Numbered from the stretch's first letter, positions 42,142-53,306 are shown. The stretch: DNA of 64,000 nucleotides from Candidatus Parcubacteria bacterium (GCA_002869165.1 PKTK01000013.1:50124-114123), one strand, 5' to 3'. Numbers and translations are program-made. Notes: generated from the sequence alone by a model not told the origin.

Positions 42142-43800
42142 ATGTCTAGTGATATCCAAATAGCTCAGAGAGCTAAAATGCAAAAAATAAAGGAGATAGC
42201 TAAAAAAATTGGCATTAATGAAGATGAATTAGAGCTTTTTGGTGATTATAAGGCAAAATTGTCTGATAAGCTCTGGAATAGAGTTAAAGACAAACCAGAT
42301 GGGAAACTAGTACTAGTAACAGCTATTAATCCAACTCCAGCTGGAGAAGGAAAATCAACCACTATGGTAGGGCTCGGTCAAGCCATGTGGAAAATAGGTC
42401 AAAAATCAATTGTGGCAATTCGTGAACCAAGCATGGGTCCAGTTTTTGGTATCAAAGGTGGTGCTGCTGGGGGTGGACATGCACAAGTTGTTCCTATGGA
42501 AGATATCAACCTTCACTTTACAGGTGACATGCATGCCATAAGCTCTGCTAACAATCTTCTCTCAGCTATGATTGATAACCATATTCAACAAGGAAATGAA
42601 CTAGGAATTGATACTCGACAAATTACCTGGAAACGTTGCGTTGATTTGAATGACAGAAGCTTGCGTAATGTTGTAGTGGGTCTTGGTGGCAAAATGCAAG
42701 GAGTGCCAAGAGAAGATGGTTTTAATATTACTGTTGCTTCAGAAATCATGGCTATTCTTTGTTTGGCTAATGATTTGGATGATTTAAAAAATCGACTAGC
42801 AAATATTATTGTCGGCTATAATCATGACGGAGAAAAAATTACTGCCAAGGACCTACGCGCTGAAGGTTCTATGGCTGTGATCCTGAAAGATGCTATCAAG
42901 CCCAATCTAGTTCAAACTTTAGAAAATACTCCAGCCATCATGCATGGTGGGCCTTTTGCTAATATTGCTCACGGTTGTAATTCTGTCCAAGCCACACGTC
43001 TAGCGCTCAAATTGTCTGATATTGTCTTAACCGAAGCTGGTTTTGGAGCTGATCTTGGGGCGGAAAAATTCCTAAACATCAAATGCAATCTTGCCAAGCT
43101 AAAACCTAATGCTATAGTTTTGGTAGCCACACTTAGAGCACTTGCTTATAATGGCAAAAACAATGAAGACAAAACCAGACTTGAGTCTATAAAAAAAGGG
43201 ATAGTAAATCTAGAAAGGCATATTGAAAATTTACAAAAATTTGGTGTACCTGTAGTAGTTACTCTAAACGCTTTTACCGAAGACGAATCAGAAGAAATCG
43301 AATTTGTAAAAACTTTTTGCGAAAAACTCGGTGCTGACTTTGAAATATCCGAAGTTTGGGAAAAAGGTGGTGAGGGCGGGGTCAAGCTAGCAAAAAAACT
43401 AGTTACTACGCTTGAAAATAAAACATCAAATTATGCGCCACTTTATGACATTAACTTAAGTATTCAAAATAAAATTGAAATAATTGCAAAAGAAATATAC
43501 CGAGCAGAAAAAGTAAACTTCTCTCAAAAAGCACTTAAAAACATTGAACAAATCAAAAAACTAGAAAAAGACAAGTTACCGATATGTATGGCCAAAACCC
43601 AATATTCTTTTTCTGACGACCCCAAGAAACTAGGTGCTCCTAAAAACTTTGAAATCACCATCAGAGAACTTAGATTATCGGCTGGGGCTGGATTTATTGT
43701 AGCTCTAGCTGGTGATATTATGACCATGCCCGGGCTACCAAAAAAACCAGCCGCTGAAGAAATTGGTATTAACAATGAAATAATTGAAGGATTATTTTAA
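42142..43800 (+). CDS. fhs: Formate--tetrahydrofolate ligase
   Basis: Contains [34 protein letters not shown], and the C-terminal [14 protein letters not shown]. Confidence 0.95.
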   Translation: MSSDIQIAQRAKMQKIKEIAKKIGINEDELELFGDYKAKLSDKLWNRVKDKPDGKLVLVTAINPTPAGEGKSTTMVGLGQAMWKIGQKSIVAIREPSMGPVFGIKGGAAGGGHAQVVPMEDINLHFTGDMHAISSANNLLSAMIDNHIQQGNELGIDTRQITWKRCVDLNDRSLRNVVVGLGGKMQGVPREDGFNITVASEIMAILCLANDLDDLKNRLANIIVGYNHDGEKITAKDLRAEGSMAVILKDAIKPNLVQTLENTPAIMHGGPFANIAHGCNSVQATRLALKLSDIVLTEAGFGADLGAEKFLNIKCNLAKLKPNAIVLVATLRALAYNGKNNEDKTRLESIKKGIVNLERHIENLQKFGVPVVVTLNAFTEDESEEIEFVKTFCEKLGADFEISEVWEKGGEGGVKLAKKLVTTLENKTSNYAPLYDINLSIQNKIEIIAKEIYRAEKVNFSQKALKNIEQIKKLEKDKLPICMAKTQYSFSDDPKKLGAPKNFEITIRELRLSAGAGFIVALAGDIMTMPGLPKKPAAEEIGINNEIIEGLF

Positions 43801-43813
43801 TTTATTATTTCAT

Positions 43814-43838
43814 CATCCCTGCCTCAACAGGAATGACA
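43814..43838. repeat. Family A short hairpin unit
   Basis: CATCCCTGCCTCAACAGGAATGACA, located between fhs and folD. Confidence 0.5.
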
Positions 43839-43848
43839 AAAAATAATC

Positions 43849-44685
43849 ATGACAAACATAATAGACGGTAAAGCCGTTGCACAAAAAATTAAAGATCAAG
43901 TGAAAAATGAGATAAAAGAAAATAATCTCGACCCAGGACTCGCAGTTGTTTTAGTTGGTGACAATCAAGCTTCTCAGGTATATGTTAAAAATAAAAAAAA
44001 GGCTTGTGAATATGCTGGTATAAAATCTTTTTCTTTTAATCTGCCTAAAGAAACAGACGAAGAAGAACTTTTAAAATTAATTGAAAAATTAAACAAAGAC
44101 AAAGCAATAGATGGTATCTTGGTACAGCTCCCTTTACCAAAACATATCAATAGTACAAAAATATTACTGGCAATCAATCCTGACAAGGATGTCGATGGTT
44201 TTCATCCTGTAAACGTTGGCAAGCTTTACACTGGAGCTAAAGGGCTTAAGCCATGTACACCCGCAGGTATAATAGAACTTCTAAAAAATTATAATATTAA
44301 AATCTCAGGCAAACATGCTGTTGTTTTAGGTAGAAGCAATATTGTAGGTAAACCTGTAGCACAAATGCTACTTGAAAACAATGCTACAGTTACGATTTGT
44401 CATTCCCGCACAAAAGCTCTAGAAAAAATAACCAAAAAAGCGGATATTCTAATAGCTGCTATTGGAAAAGCTAAATTTGTAAAAAAAGAGATGCTAAAAA
44501 AATATGTGATAGTTGTTGATGTTGGCATGAATCGTGATGAAAATAACAAGCTCTGTGGTGATGTTGACTATGAGCAAGTCAAAAAAGTCTCCTCCTACAT
44601 CACACCTGTTCCCGGAGGAGTTGGCCCCATGACAATTGCCATGCTTATAAAAAATTGTTTAGAAGCACACAAAAACCTACATTAA
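43849..44685 (+). CDS. folD: Bifunctional methylenetetrahydrofolate dehydrogenase/methenyl-THF cyclohydrolase
   Basis: Contains [54 protein letters not shown] and [10 protein letters not shown]. Confidence 0.95.
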   Translation: MTNIIDGKAVAQKIKDQVKNEIKENNLDPGLAVVLVGDNQASQVYVKNKKKACEYAGIKSFSFNLPKETDEEELLKLIEKLNKDKAIDGILVQLPLPKHINSTKILLAINPDKDVDGFHPVNVGKLYTGAKGLKPCTPAGIIELLKNYNIKISGKHAVVLGRSNIVGKPVAQMLLENNATVTICHSRTKALEKITKKADILIAAIGKAKFVKKEMLKKYVIVVDVGMNRDENNKLCGDVDYEQVKKVSSYITPVPGGVGPMTIAMLIKNCLEAHKNLH

Positions 44686-44688
44686 AAA

Positions 44689-44716
44689 AACTCTTGGATG
44701 AACCAAGAGTTTTTTA
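44689..44716. terminator. Bidirectional terminator between convergent folD and the folD-N-like gene
   Basis: ACTCTTGG-ATGAA-CCAAGAGT is flanked by A7 and T5. Confidence 0.7.
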
Positions 44717-44729
44717 TTATTTAAAAATA

Positions 44730-45197
44730 TTATTGACTATTTTTTTCTTTATCTTTCATTATATCTATACAATACCTAAAAAGCTTAGCTATTTTTATTT
44801 CTTCATTATTATTTTCAAGACTAGAATTTAAATTTTTACTTGTCTCAATTGTAGAAATAATTTTTTCATAATCAAATTCTTCTGGGACTTCCTCGTATAG
44901 ATAAATACCATCGATCAACTCATCCTCATTTAAACACTCTGTCATTGCTTCGATTTCTTCCATGTCAGAATCAAGAGGACAAATATAACTATGAATATCA
45001 ATACCCACTTTCTTTGCTTCTTTTTCAAGATTGGCTAATTTGTTTTTGCATTCCATTTCATCTCCAATAATAAGCACTGCCATATTTGGCCTAAGCTGAG
45101 CATCCCCAGCCTTGCCTTTATTTATAGCTACTATGTCTTTTACTATCTCATCTTTTATTATTGTAGCTTCATTAGCTTGGGGATTTTTTTTATTCAT
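44730..45197 (-). CDS. FolD N-terminal (catalytic) domain-like protein lacking the NAD(P)-binding domain
   Basis: PNMAVLIIGDEMECKNKLANLEKEAKKVGIDIHSYICPLDSDMEEIEAMTECLNEDELIDGIYLY parallels FolD LAVILVGD..S.VYV..K.KA.E..GI......L......EL...I..LN.D..V.GILVQ. It ends before the Rossmann domain. Confidence 0.45.
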   Translation of the reverse strand: MNKKNPQANEATIIKDEIVKDIVAINKGKAGDAQLRPNMAVLIIGDEMECKNKLANLEKEAKKVGIDIHSYICPLDSDMEEIEAMTECLNEDELIDGIYLYEEVPEEFDYEKIISTIETSKNLNSSLENNNEEIKIAKLFRYCIDIMKDKEKNSQ

Positions 45198-45825
45198 TTA
45201 TATAAGTTAAAAGTTTGTTAATGATTTTTTCCATTGACTGTGGGTGAGGAAGTAATACAAAATATGAATGAAATAATTTATCAGCTTCTTCCATTTTGGT
45301 ATTAAATATTAAAGCAGTACTAATGTCTTTTACTTTCTCTCTAATTTGCCCAACTACAGATCCTGGTAGGTCTTCTTTGAGTTCTGGAGGAGTTAGCAAC
45401 ACTTTTGATTCAACAAAGTCCCCCAATGCGTTTGCATAAGCAGATACAATAATATTGCCAACCTCCATAATTGCAGATTTCTCCATATCACCAAGCTTCT
45501 TTGAAGATCCAGCCTCTCTACCCATCAAAATATCAGACAAAGCAAGCGCTGATGGTTGAGAAAAAATATAGAGAATAGACCCAGAGAACTCATCGGTTAA
45601 CTCCAAATAAACTCCAGTTGCTTCAATAGAATCATCTATGAAACCAGCTAAATGTAATTTAAAATCATCAATTGGCGCAAAACGAATCTCGGGTACAGAA
45701 ATATTAATACGCTTATTTATCATTTGTGAAACAGCAGTAGCTGCATGACTAGAGCCAATATTACTAGTTTCTTTCAAGATATCAATCTCTAAATCATTTA
45801 GCTTTTTTACAATATCTTTATCCAT
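45190..45825 (-). CDS. cheC: CheC-type CheY-P phosphatase family protein (both active-site motifs intact)
   Basis: There are two exact matches to D/S-x3-E-x2-N-x22-P. The first is DILKETSN followed by 22 aa then P (..INISVP). The second is SAIMEVGN followed by 22 aa then P (..VLLTPP). At 211 aa its size is typical of CheC. Confidence 0.7.
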   Translation of the reverse strand: MDKDIVKKLNDLEIDILKETSNIGSSHAATAVSQMINKRINISVPEIRFAPIDDFKLHLAGFIDDSIEATGVYLELTDEFSGSILYIFSQPSALALSDILMGREAGSSKKLGDMEKSAIMEVGNIIVSAYANALGDFVESKVLLTPPELKEDLPGSVVGQIREKVKDISTALIFNTKMEEADKLFHSYFVLLPHPQSMEKIINKLLTYINE

Positions 45826-45829
45826 ATAT

Positions 45830-47071
45830 TTAATTTATAGGTAAAAGAAATTCCTTACATATTTCCCTAACCTCTTTTTTTATAATATCTATATTATCAT
45901 TATTTAATGCTCTATCAATTAAATCTGCTAATTTTTTAATTTCTTTTTCCTTCATGCCTCTGCTTGTTAGGGCTGGTGTGCCCAAGCGAATTCCACTTGG
46001 ATTCATTGGTGGTTTCAAATCATTGGGAATCGTAGAGCGAGAAACAGAGATACCAACTTTTTCTAGCAAAACCTCAGCATCTTTACCTCCAATATTTTTA
46101 TCTGACAAATCTACTACCACTAAATGGTTGTCTGTTCCACCAGACACTATTTGATAACCTTTTTCAATCAAACATTTACTTAACTCCTGAGCATTCAAAA
46201 TAACTTGCTTGGCGTATTCTACAAAATCATCCTGCAAAGCCTCTCCAAAAGCTACTGCCTTAGCAGCAGTAATATGATCATGCGGTCCACCCTGCATACC
46301 CGGGAAAACTGCCCTATCAACTTGTTTGGAAAATTTTTCTTTACACATTATCATCGCCCCTCTTGGACCTCTTAAAGTTTTGTGAGTTGTTGTTGAAACT
46401 ACATCAAATATTGGTACAGGGTTTTTCATTTGCTTACCAGCTATTAAACCAGCTGTGTGAGCTATATCTGCAAATGTATAAGCTCCTACTTCATCAGCTA
46501 TTTCTTTGAAACGTTCCCACTCAATCTCACGAGAGTAGGCTGAAAATCCAGCAACTATCATTTTTGGTTTTTCTTTACGAGCAATTTCTGCCACCTTGTC
46601 CATATCAATAAAACCTGTTTCTGGGTCTACTTCATATTGAACAAAGTCATACAACATACCTGAAAAATTCACCGGATGACCATGAGACAAATGTCCTCCA
46701 TGATCTAGCTTCAATCCCAACACCTTATCTCCAGGACGCAAAAATGCAAAATATACTGCCGCATTAGCCGGACTACCTGAAAGTGCTTGTACGTTTACAT
46801 GTTCAGCCTGAAAGAGTTTCTTGGCGCGCTTGATTGCTAGCTCTTCAACATCATCAATTAGTGCATTACCACCATAATATCTTTTACCAGGATATCCTTC
46901 TGAATATTTGTTTGTCAAAACCGAAGCCATAGCTTCCATAACAGCACTAGATACATAGTTTTCAGAAGCAATTAACTCAAGTTCGTTCTTCTGTCTTTCC
47001 TCTTCTTTTTGGATTGCTACAAAAACTTCTTTGTCTTGTTTTTCTAAATTTTTATAATCCATATTAGCCAA
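45830..47071 (-). CDS. glyA: Serine hydroxymethyltransferase
   Basis: Contains LIASENYVS, the PLP-lysine region VVSTTTHKTLRGPRGAMI, and GSPANAAVY. Confidence 0.95.
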   Translation of the reverse strand: MANMDYKNLEKQDKEVFVAIQKEEERQKNELELIASENYVSSAVMEAMASVLTNKYSEGYPGKRYYGGNALIDDVEELAIKRAKKLFQAEHVNVQALSGSPANAAVYFAFLRPGDKVLGLKLDHGGHLSHGHPVNFSGMLYDFVQYEVDPETGFIDMDKVAEIARKEKPKMIVAGFSAYSREIEWERFKEIADEVGAYTFADIAHTAGLIAGKQMKNPVPIFDVVSTTTHKTLRGPRGAMIMCKEKFSKQVDRAVFPGMQGGPHDHITAAKAVAFGEALQDDFVEYAKQVILNAQELSKCLIEKGYQIVSGGTDNHLVVVDLSDKNIGGKDAEVLLEKVGISVSRSTIPNDLKPPMNPSGIRLGTPALTSRGMKEKEIKKLADLIDRALNNDNIDIIKKEVREICKEFLLPIN

Positions 47072-47222
47072 TTAATAGCACGAAAACGAGACAAACAAAG
47101 TCCCGTTTATTACTAATATTTTAGCTTTTTTTGAGTTTTGTGTCAAAAGATTTTAAATAACTATATTGTCATATTGCTAAATTGTTATATTTTGTAATCA
47201 CACTCCTCCAGTTAATAAAATA

Positions 47223-47612
47223 TTACTTGATATATTCAAAATATCTTAAAGTTGGAATAATATTTGGGGCTATATCAGTAGGCAAATCATTCACATTAAA
47301 CCACTTCCACTCTATTACTTCTTTTCCTGCTTTTATTTTACCTTCAAAATCTGCTAAATAATGCGCCAACAACACATCTTTTTCCTCGTCTCCAAGTTTT
47401 TTAACATGTATAATAAAAGGTTTTTTGTTTAATATTTTTATTTCCGCTCCCATTTCTTCTCTAAATTCTCTTGTGGCCGTTTCTTCTAAATTTTCATTTT
47501 TCTCTACTTTTCCACCACAAAATTTCCAAAAATCATCACTACCTGATTTATTTAGAAGTACTTTTTTATCTCTAACAATAACAGGCCCTGAGGCAATAAT
47601 TACTTTTTTCAT
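47223..47612 (-). CDS. NUDIX hydrolase
   Basis: The Nudix box is GGKVEKNENLEETATREFREEMG. Confidence 0.8.
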   Translation of the reverse strand: MKKVIIASGPVIVRDKKVLLNKSGSDDFWKFCGGKVEKNENLEETATREFREEMGAEIKILNKKPFIIHVKKLGDEEKDVLLAHYLADFEGKIKAGKEVIEWKWFNVNDLPTDIAPNIIPTLRYFEYIK

Positions 47613-47693
47613 ATTTTTGATTATACTCTATAATAATTATAACAAATAAACATTAAAAAAACACTCGTTTTTTAAAAACGAGTGTTATAGACT

Positions 47694-48635
47694 TTAAATA
47701 AACAGACTGCTTACACTATCCTCCTTATAAATCCTGTCTATTGCTTCAGCCACGATGTCTGAAGCTGAAACAACTTTTATGTTTGGGCACTTCTTTGCTT
47801 TTCCTTTCAAGGGAATGGTGTTTAAGACCATCAAAGATTTTATTTTTGATTTTCTCAATCTTTGAATGGCCGGGCCTGACAAAACAGGATGAGCACAGCA
47901 AGCATGAACTTCTTTGGCGCCACATTTTAACAATTCATTTGCGCCACCACACAAAGTACCTGCTGTATCCACCATATCATCACAGAGTATAGCAATTTTT
48001 CCCTTCACATCACCAACAACATTTATTTCTTCTATTGAATTTGGCTTGTCTCGACGTTTGTCAATGATAGCAAATCCAACATCAAGTGCTTTAGCGAAAT
48101 GTCTTGTACGTTCAACGCCTCCGGCATCAGGAGATACCATAATAATTTTTTTCTTTCGAAATTTCTTTTTAATGTGAGGTATAAATACAGTTGATGAATA
48201 CAAATGATCTACTGGGATATTAAAAAATCCTTGAATCTGGCCAGCATGTAGATCAACGCTTAAAACTCTTCTAACCCCAACTGCGGTTAGCATATCTGCA
48301 ACTGCTTTGGCTGAAATAGGTACTCGAGGGGCTTTCTTTTGGTCCTGTCTAGCATAACCATAGTACGGCATTACAGCCGTAATTCTTCTCGTTGAAGCTC
48401 TCCTTAGGGCATCTACCATAATAAGAAGCTCCATAAGATTGTCATTTACTGGTGAACATGTTGGCTGAACAATAAAAACATCACAACCCCTAACATTTTC
48501 ACCAATTTCTACAAATATCTCACCATCACTGAATTTTTTTACAGTTGCTTTTCCTAAAGGAATTTTTAAATACTCTACAACTTCTTTTGCCATTTCTTTG
48601 TTTGCATTCCCAGAAAAAACTTTAATCTTCTTCAC
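47694..48635 (-). CDS. prs: Ribose-phosphate pyrophosphokinase
   Basis: Contains [10 protein letters not shown], the PRPP loop DDMVDTAGT, and [13 protein letters not shown] chose the GTG at 48635, preceded by AAGGGGGA; the longer tracked ORF overlaps the elp3-like gene. Confidence 0.9.
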   Translation of the reverse strand: MKKIKVFSGNANKEMAKEVVEYLKIPLGKATVKKFSDGEIFVEIGENVRGCDVFIVQPTCSPVNDNLMELLIMVDALRRASTRRITAVMPYYGYARQDQKKAPRVPISAKAVADMLTAVGVRRVLSVDLHAGQIQGFFNIPVDHLYSSTVFIPHIKKKFRKKKIIMVSPDAGGVERTRHFAKALDVGFAIIDKRRDKPNSIEEINVVGDVKGKIAILCDDMVDTAGTLCGGANELLKCGAKEVHACCAHPVLSGPAIQRLRKSKIKSLMVLNTIPLKGKAKKCPNIKVVSASDIVAEAIDRIYKEDSVSSLFI

Positions 48636-48663
48636 TGCACAATCCCCCTTTTTTTTAAGATCA

Positions 48664-50235
48664 TTATAATTTCTTTTCCATATAGGTATTTTTAAGCCTG
48701 TATCCAAGCCTTCTATAATACCCTCTAACACCAACTCCAGAAATCACTTTTATCTTACTACAATTGTTATTTTTGGCAAGTTTTTCAGTTTTTTCCATTA
48801 ATTTCCGCCCAATTCCTGTGTGTTGAGTCTTTTTTTTGCCTCCAATACTTGCTAGTTCCCCATAAACATGAAGTTCACGCACATAAGCAGTTTTTTTATC
48901 ACTTGCTAACCTAAGCCGACAAAAACCAAGGAGCTTTCTCTCTTTATTGATAATTTGAATAAAAAATTCCTCACCGCCTGAAGCCTGATACCTAATAATG
49001 TCTAAAATCTGGTTTTTAATATCTATTTTTTCATTCTTCACTTCTCGACAACGAATACAGGAGCATTTCACCCCACGCTGTTGCATTACCTGACGTAGAT
49101 TGGTCACCTTATTTCCTGCTTCAATCGACTCACCAGTAATATCACGAATCAAACGAATTATTCGAACATACTCAGGTGTGTTGGTTTTACAATGTACTAT
49201 CAAATCTTCAAGTTTCTTGGTGGTATAGGGCTTGAAATTTCCTTGTTGCCACCATTTATACATTTCTGATCCTTTGGTAACTACTGTCGGATAGAACTTA
49301 ATCTGATCTGGTTGAAATCTCGCATCACTAAAAAGTTGGTCATACATTTCTTTGTCACGTTTAACCGTTGCTCCAGGAAGTCCTGGCATCAAATGATAGG
49401 TAATCTTAAATCCATATTCCTTCAACAAGCGAGTAGCTTCAACAATTCTATCAACACCATGTCCTCTTTTGTTCTTTTTTAATATTTTATCATCAATTGC
49501 CTGCACACCTATCTCCACTCGAGTACACCCAAGCTCTCTCATCTCTTCTAACTCTTTCTCATCAATATAATCGGGTCTAGTCTCAAGAGTCAGGCCAATA
49601 ATTTTGTATTTGGCTTTTTCATTCTTTTTCTGTTCTGAAATCAATGCCTCTTCTAATTTTTTGATAGACATTGAATATTTATATTTTTCCTTAATTCGTA
49701 ATTCGTAATTTTTAATTGAAAATTGATTTGCTGCCGCAAATAAATTAGTCACATACCACAGTTTATATTTTCTTGGTAATACTGACCATGTTCCGCCAAT
49801 CACAATCAATTCTATTTTAGTTGGTTCATGTCCATTGGCAATTAATGCTCTTAGCCTGTCTTGCACTTGAACATAAGGATTATAAGCACATCTAATCGCT
49901 CTCATTACAGCTGGTTCATTAGATAGGTATGATGTAGGTACATCATTTTCACGAGGACAATAAGCACAAGTTCCTGGACAATCATAAGGCTTGGTGAGAA
50001 CCGCTACTGGGGCAATTCCTGACATTGTTCTAATGGCTCGTTTACGAAGAAGCATAGGAAATCCTGAAATTTCCTTGATTTTACCTTTTTTTAAGGCTTG
50101 ATTATAATATTTCAAAATTTCTGAATTATCAATCAAACCACAAGCAAATTCCCGCGCAATTTTCCTCTTGGCCATCATTAGATCATTACGTGATTTTATC
50201 TTCATTTTTAATAGTTTTTTTATTGCTTCTTGCAT
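48664..50235 (-). CDS. elp3: Elp3-like radical SAM / GNAT acetyltransferase (tRNA wobble-uridine modification family)
   Basis: The radical-SAM cluster motif is CPGTCAYCP. The Elp3-type central region is [20 protein letters not shown]. The C-terminal GNAT region reads RELHVYG...[10 protein letters not shown]. Confidence 0.8.
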   Translation of the reverse strand: MQEAIKKLLKMKIKSRNDLMMAKRKIAREFACGLIDNSEILKYYNQALKKGKIKEISGFPMLLRKRAIRTMSGIAPVAVLTKPYDCPGTCAYCPRENDVPTSYLSNEPAVMRAIRCAYNPYVQVQDRLRALIANGHEPTKIELIVIGGTWSVLPRKYKLWYVTNLFAAANQFSIKNYELRIKEKYKYSMSIKKLEEALISEQKKNEKAKYKIIGLTLETRPDYIDEKELEEMRELGCTRVEIGVQAIDDKILKKNKRGHGVDRIVEATRLLKEYGFKITYHLMPGLPGATVKRDKEMYDQLFSDARFQPDQIKFYPTVVTKGSEMYKWWQQGNFKPYTTKKLEDLIVHCKTNTPEYVRIIRLIRDITGESIEAGNKVTNLRQVMQQRGVKCSCIRCREVKNEKIDIKNQILDIIRYQASGGEEFFIQIINKERKLLGFCRLRLASDKKTAYVRELHVYGELASIGGKKKTQHTGIGRKLMEKTEKLAKNNNCSKIKVISGVGVRGYYRRLGYRLKNTYMEKKL

Positions 50236-50299
50236 TTGTTTTATGATATTATTACTAGTATACTATAACTAATATTAATTTATTACAAGTAAAATATAT

Positions 50300-51646
50300 A
50301 TGAAAGTAAATCCTAATATTTTCAAAGCTTATGACATACGAGGAGTTTATAAAGTAGACTTTGGTAGGCGCACGACTTACAAAATCGGTCGAGCTATCGC
50401 TACCTATACCAAAGCTGAAACCATAGTTGTTGGCAAGGATATGCGAACAAGTTCTGATGAAGTAGAAGAACACTTGATCAAAGGTTTGATTGATCAAGGT
50501 TGTAATGTCATAAAAATCGGTATGTCAACTTCACCCATGCTTTATTATGCCAGTGGTTGTTTGCCAGTGGACGCTGGCATCATAATCACAGCTAGTCACA
50601 ATCCCGGCGAATATAATGGCTTCAAGATGTGTAGAAAAAATGCTGTGCCAATCGGTGAAGGAGCGGGCATGGAGGAGATCAAAGCCTTGGCTGTCAATGG
50701 AGTATTTGAAGAACAAAAAGAAAAAGGTAAAATTACTGAAAATGAAGACTTTGTTAACCAATACCGTGATCATATCAAACGTTTCTTTAGTACTAAAACC
50801 AACAAAAGAAAAAAGGTTGTTTTTGACTACGCCAATGGTATGGGCATTCTGGATAAAAAAGTTTTTGATGAATTAGAGGCCTATATCGAGTCAATCCCAA
50901 TGTTTGATGAATACGACGGAAATTTCCCAAATCACGAAGCCAATCCCCTAAAAACCGAAACCCTAAAACCTCTTCAAGAAAAAACAGTTCTAGAAAAAGC
51001 AGACTTTGGTGTTTCTTATGATGGTGATGCTGACCGGGTTGGTTTTGTGGATGAATTGGGCTACGTGGTTCCCATGGACTATATCACTGCTTTGATAGCT
51101 GAAGAAATTCTCAAAAAGTATCCAGGCGGACTAGTGCTAGTTGATCTTAGAAGTTCTAATGCTGTTTTTGAACATATTCATAAGGCTGGTGGCAAAACCA
51201 ATCTTTGTCGAGTAGGGCACTCACTCATCAAAAAACAAATGCGTGACGAGGGTGCGGTCTTTGCTGGCGAACTAAGCGGGCACTACTACTTTGAAGAAAA
51301 TTACCACGCAGAATTATCTAGCCTAGCAATTATTATGATAACGAATCTACTTAATGAAACTGGCAAAACATTGTCTGAACTAACTAAGTCGCTTAAAAAA
51401 TATCATCACTCAGGAGAAATTAACTCACAAGTTGAATCGCGTGAAAAAACTCTAGCTAGAATCAAGCAAAAATATTATGATGGAAAACTAAATGAACTTG
51501 ATGGCGTACGTATCGACTATGATGACTGGTGGTTCAATGTTCGCCAATCCAACACCGAACCAATCATCCGACTAAACCTAGAAGCAAAGACTAAAGAAAA
51601 AATGAGAGAAAAAAGAGATGAACTACTATCTATTATTCGGGCGTAA
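50300..51646 (+). CDS. Phosphomannomutase/phosphoglucomutase (alpha-D-phosphohexomutase)
   Basis: The active-site loop is TASHNPGEYNGFK. The metal loop is DGDADR. The sugar loop is GELSGH. Also present is FKAYDIRG. Confidence 0.85.
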   Translation: MKVNPNIFKAYDIRGVYKVDFGRRTTYKIGRAIATYTKAETIVVGKDMRTSSDEVEEHLIKGLIDQGCNVIKIGMSTSPMLYYASGCLPVDAGIIITASHNPGEYNGFKMCRKNAVPIGEGAGMEEIKALAVNGVFEEQKEKGKITENEDFVNQYRDHIKRFFSTKTNKRKKVVFDYANGMGILDKKVFDELEAYIESIPMFDEYDGNFPNHEANPLKTETLKPLQEKTVLEKADFGVSYDGDADRVGFVDELGYVVPMDYITALIAEEILKKYPGGLVLVDLRSSNAVFEHIHKAGGKTNLCRVGHSLIKKQMRDEGAVFAGELSGHYYFEENYHAELSSLAIIMITNLLNETGKTLSELTKSLKKYHHSGEINSQVESREKTLARIKQKYYDGKLNELDGVRIDYDDWWFNVRQSNTEPIIRLNLEAKTKEKMREKRDELLSIIRA

Positions 51647-51869
51647 ATAAAATAACTTATTTATATAATTAAAACCAGTGAAACTATCACTGGTTTTAAA
51701 TTTTGTAATTTTTAATTTCTTAATTTAAAAAATCACACAGACATCATTTATCTGTTAAGCTTACCTTGAAGATTAAACAAGAATATCTACTATCTTTACA
51801 TCTGTGCAATATTATGATAATTTTCTTTTAATACGTTCTTTTTAAAAAATTACAAAAAGAGGTGAAACA

Positions 51870-52145
51870 ATGTTCCACTTATGGCTAGATATTAAAATAC
51901 TTTTTCTTCTTATTGTTCTGTTTATGATTCCGGCATTTTTCTTTTATGCATTTATGTTTATTTTTCTTAGCTTTTTATCAACCAAACATCGATACCTGCA
52001 CTTTCTTGAAATATCAGATTGCAATTATGCTCGTCCAGGAGATACATACTATGCATTTAAAAAAGAATTTGATATCCTGGTTTATAAATCTCTTAAATTT
52101 TTAGAAACACACCCGAGACTAGAACATCTTGTATATCATTTCTAA
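51870..52145 (+). CDS. Hypothetical small membrane protein
   Basis: A GAGGTG Shine-Dalgarno sequence precedes it. It has one or two N-terminal TM helices. A strong terminator lies at 52150-52181. Confidence 0.4.
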   Translation: MFHLWLDIKILFLLIVLFMIPAFFFYAFMFIFLSFLSTKHRYLHFLEISDCNYARPGDTYYAFKKEFDILVYKSLKFLETHPRLEHLVYHF

Positions 52146-52202
52146 AACAAAACCCTTGTCAGATAAGACAAGGGTTTTTTAATATAATATTTTGTTTGGC
52201 TT

Positions 52203-52281
52203 ACCATTCCAGATGGCGATCACCTGCGGTGACCTACCTCTTTCCACATTTAAGGGATTCCTCGCTTCGCTCGGAATGACA
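52203..52281. repeat. Family A long-form unit
   Basis: ACCATTCCAGATGGCGATCACCTGCGGTGACCTACCTCTTTCCACATTTAAGGGATTCCTCGCTTCGCTCGGAATGACA. It is collinear with 9485-9552. Confidence 0.7.
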
Positions 52282-52319
52282 CTTAAAGTGAGACATTCTT
52301 AATTCTTAATTCTTAATTC

Positions 52320-53306
52320 TTATCTCACTCCAATCTTCTTCTTCACATCTCCCATAACCCTCTCAGCAATAGGTTTAATTTTTTTCGCACCATCGTCAAG
52401 AATCTTTCTCACTTCTTCGTCGGTTATTGCATTGTACTTTTCCTGAAAGTTAATCAAAAATTTCTCAACTGCTTCTGCTACGCCTTTTTTGAAGTCACCA
52501 TACATCTTGCCTTCGTATTTCTTTTCCAAGTCTTCTATGGAAGTTTTGGTCAGCAGTGATTCGATCACTAGTAGATTGGACACGCCTGGCTTTTCTTCTG
52601 GATCGTATTTAACTTCAGCACCTGAATCAGTGGTTGCTTTCATAATCTTCTTCTTGGCAACAGCTGGATCATCTGTTAGGGCGATGAAGTTGGCTTCTGA
52701 GCTAGCGGACTTACTCATCTTCTTGGTCGGATCATCTAGCCCCATGATACGAGCTCCCTCCTTTCTGATACGAGCTTCTGGTATAACTAACACATCACCG
52801 AATCTACTATTAAATCTTCTAGCTAGATCACGAGCAAGTTCTACATGTTGTAACTGATCATCTCCCACAGGTACCACTTCAGTGTCATAAAGTATAATAT
52901 CAGCAGCCATTAAAACTGGATAATCAAACAAACCAACTGATACATTTTCTTGATTATCCCCTGACTTATCTTTGAACTGAGTCATTTTATTCAAGTCACT
53001 CATTCTAGCAGTAGTGCAATTCAATACCCAGGCAAATTCTGTATGTTCTTGGATGCTTGATTGTTGAAATATTACCGACTTTTCTCGATCAATTCCTGAA
53101 GCTAAATAAATTTTAGCAATTTCAATTATCTTCTTTTTTAATTCTTCTGGATCTTGTTCAACGGTAATCGCATGATAGTCAACTACACAAAAAATACTCT
53201 CAAATTCATCCTGCATGTCCACCCATTGGCTAATTGCCCCTAAATAATTACCAATATGCAAGTTTCCACTTGGCTGTACTCCAGAAAAGATTTTCTTTTT
53301 GCTCAT
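52320..53306 (-). CDS. trpS: Tryptophan--tRNA ligase
   Basis: The HIGH-type motif is GNLHIGNYLG. Also present are KMSKS and VPVGDDQLQHVEL. Confidence 0.95.
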   Translation of the reverse strand: MSKKKIFSGVQPSGNLHIGNYLGAISQWVDMQDEFESIFCVVDYHAITVEQDPEELKKKIIEIAKIYLASGIDREKSVIFQQSSIQEHTEFAWVLNCTTARMSDLNKMTQFKDKSGDNQENVSVGLFDYPVLMAADIILYDTEVVPVGDDQLQHVELARDLARRFNSRFGDVLVIPEARIRKEGARIMGLDDPTKKMSKSASSEANFIALTDDPAVAKKKIMKATTDSGAEVKYDPEEKPGVSNLLVIESLLTKTSIEDLEKKYEGKMYGDFKKGVAEAVEKFLINFQEKYNAITDEEVRKILDDGAKKIKPIAERVMGDVKKKIGVR

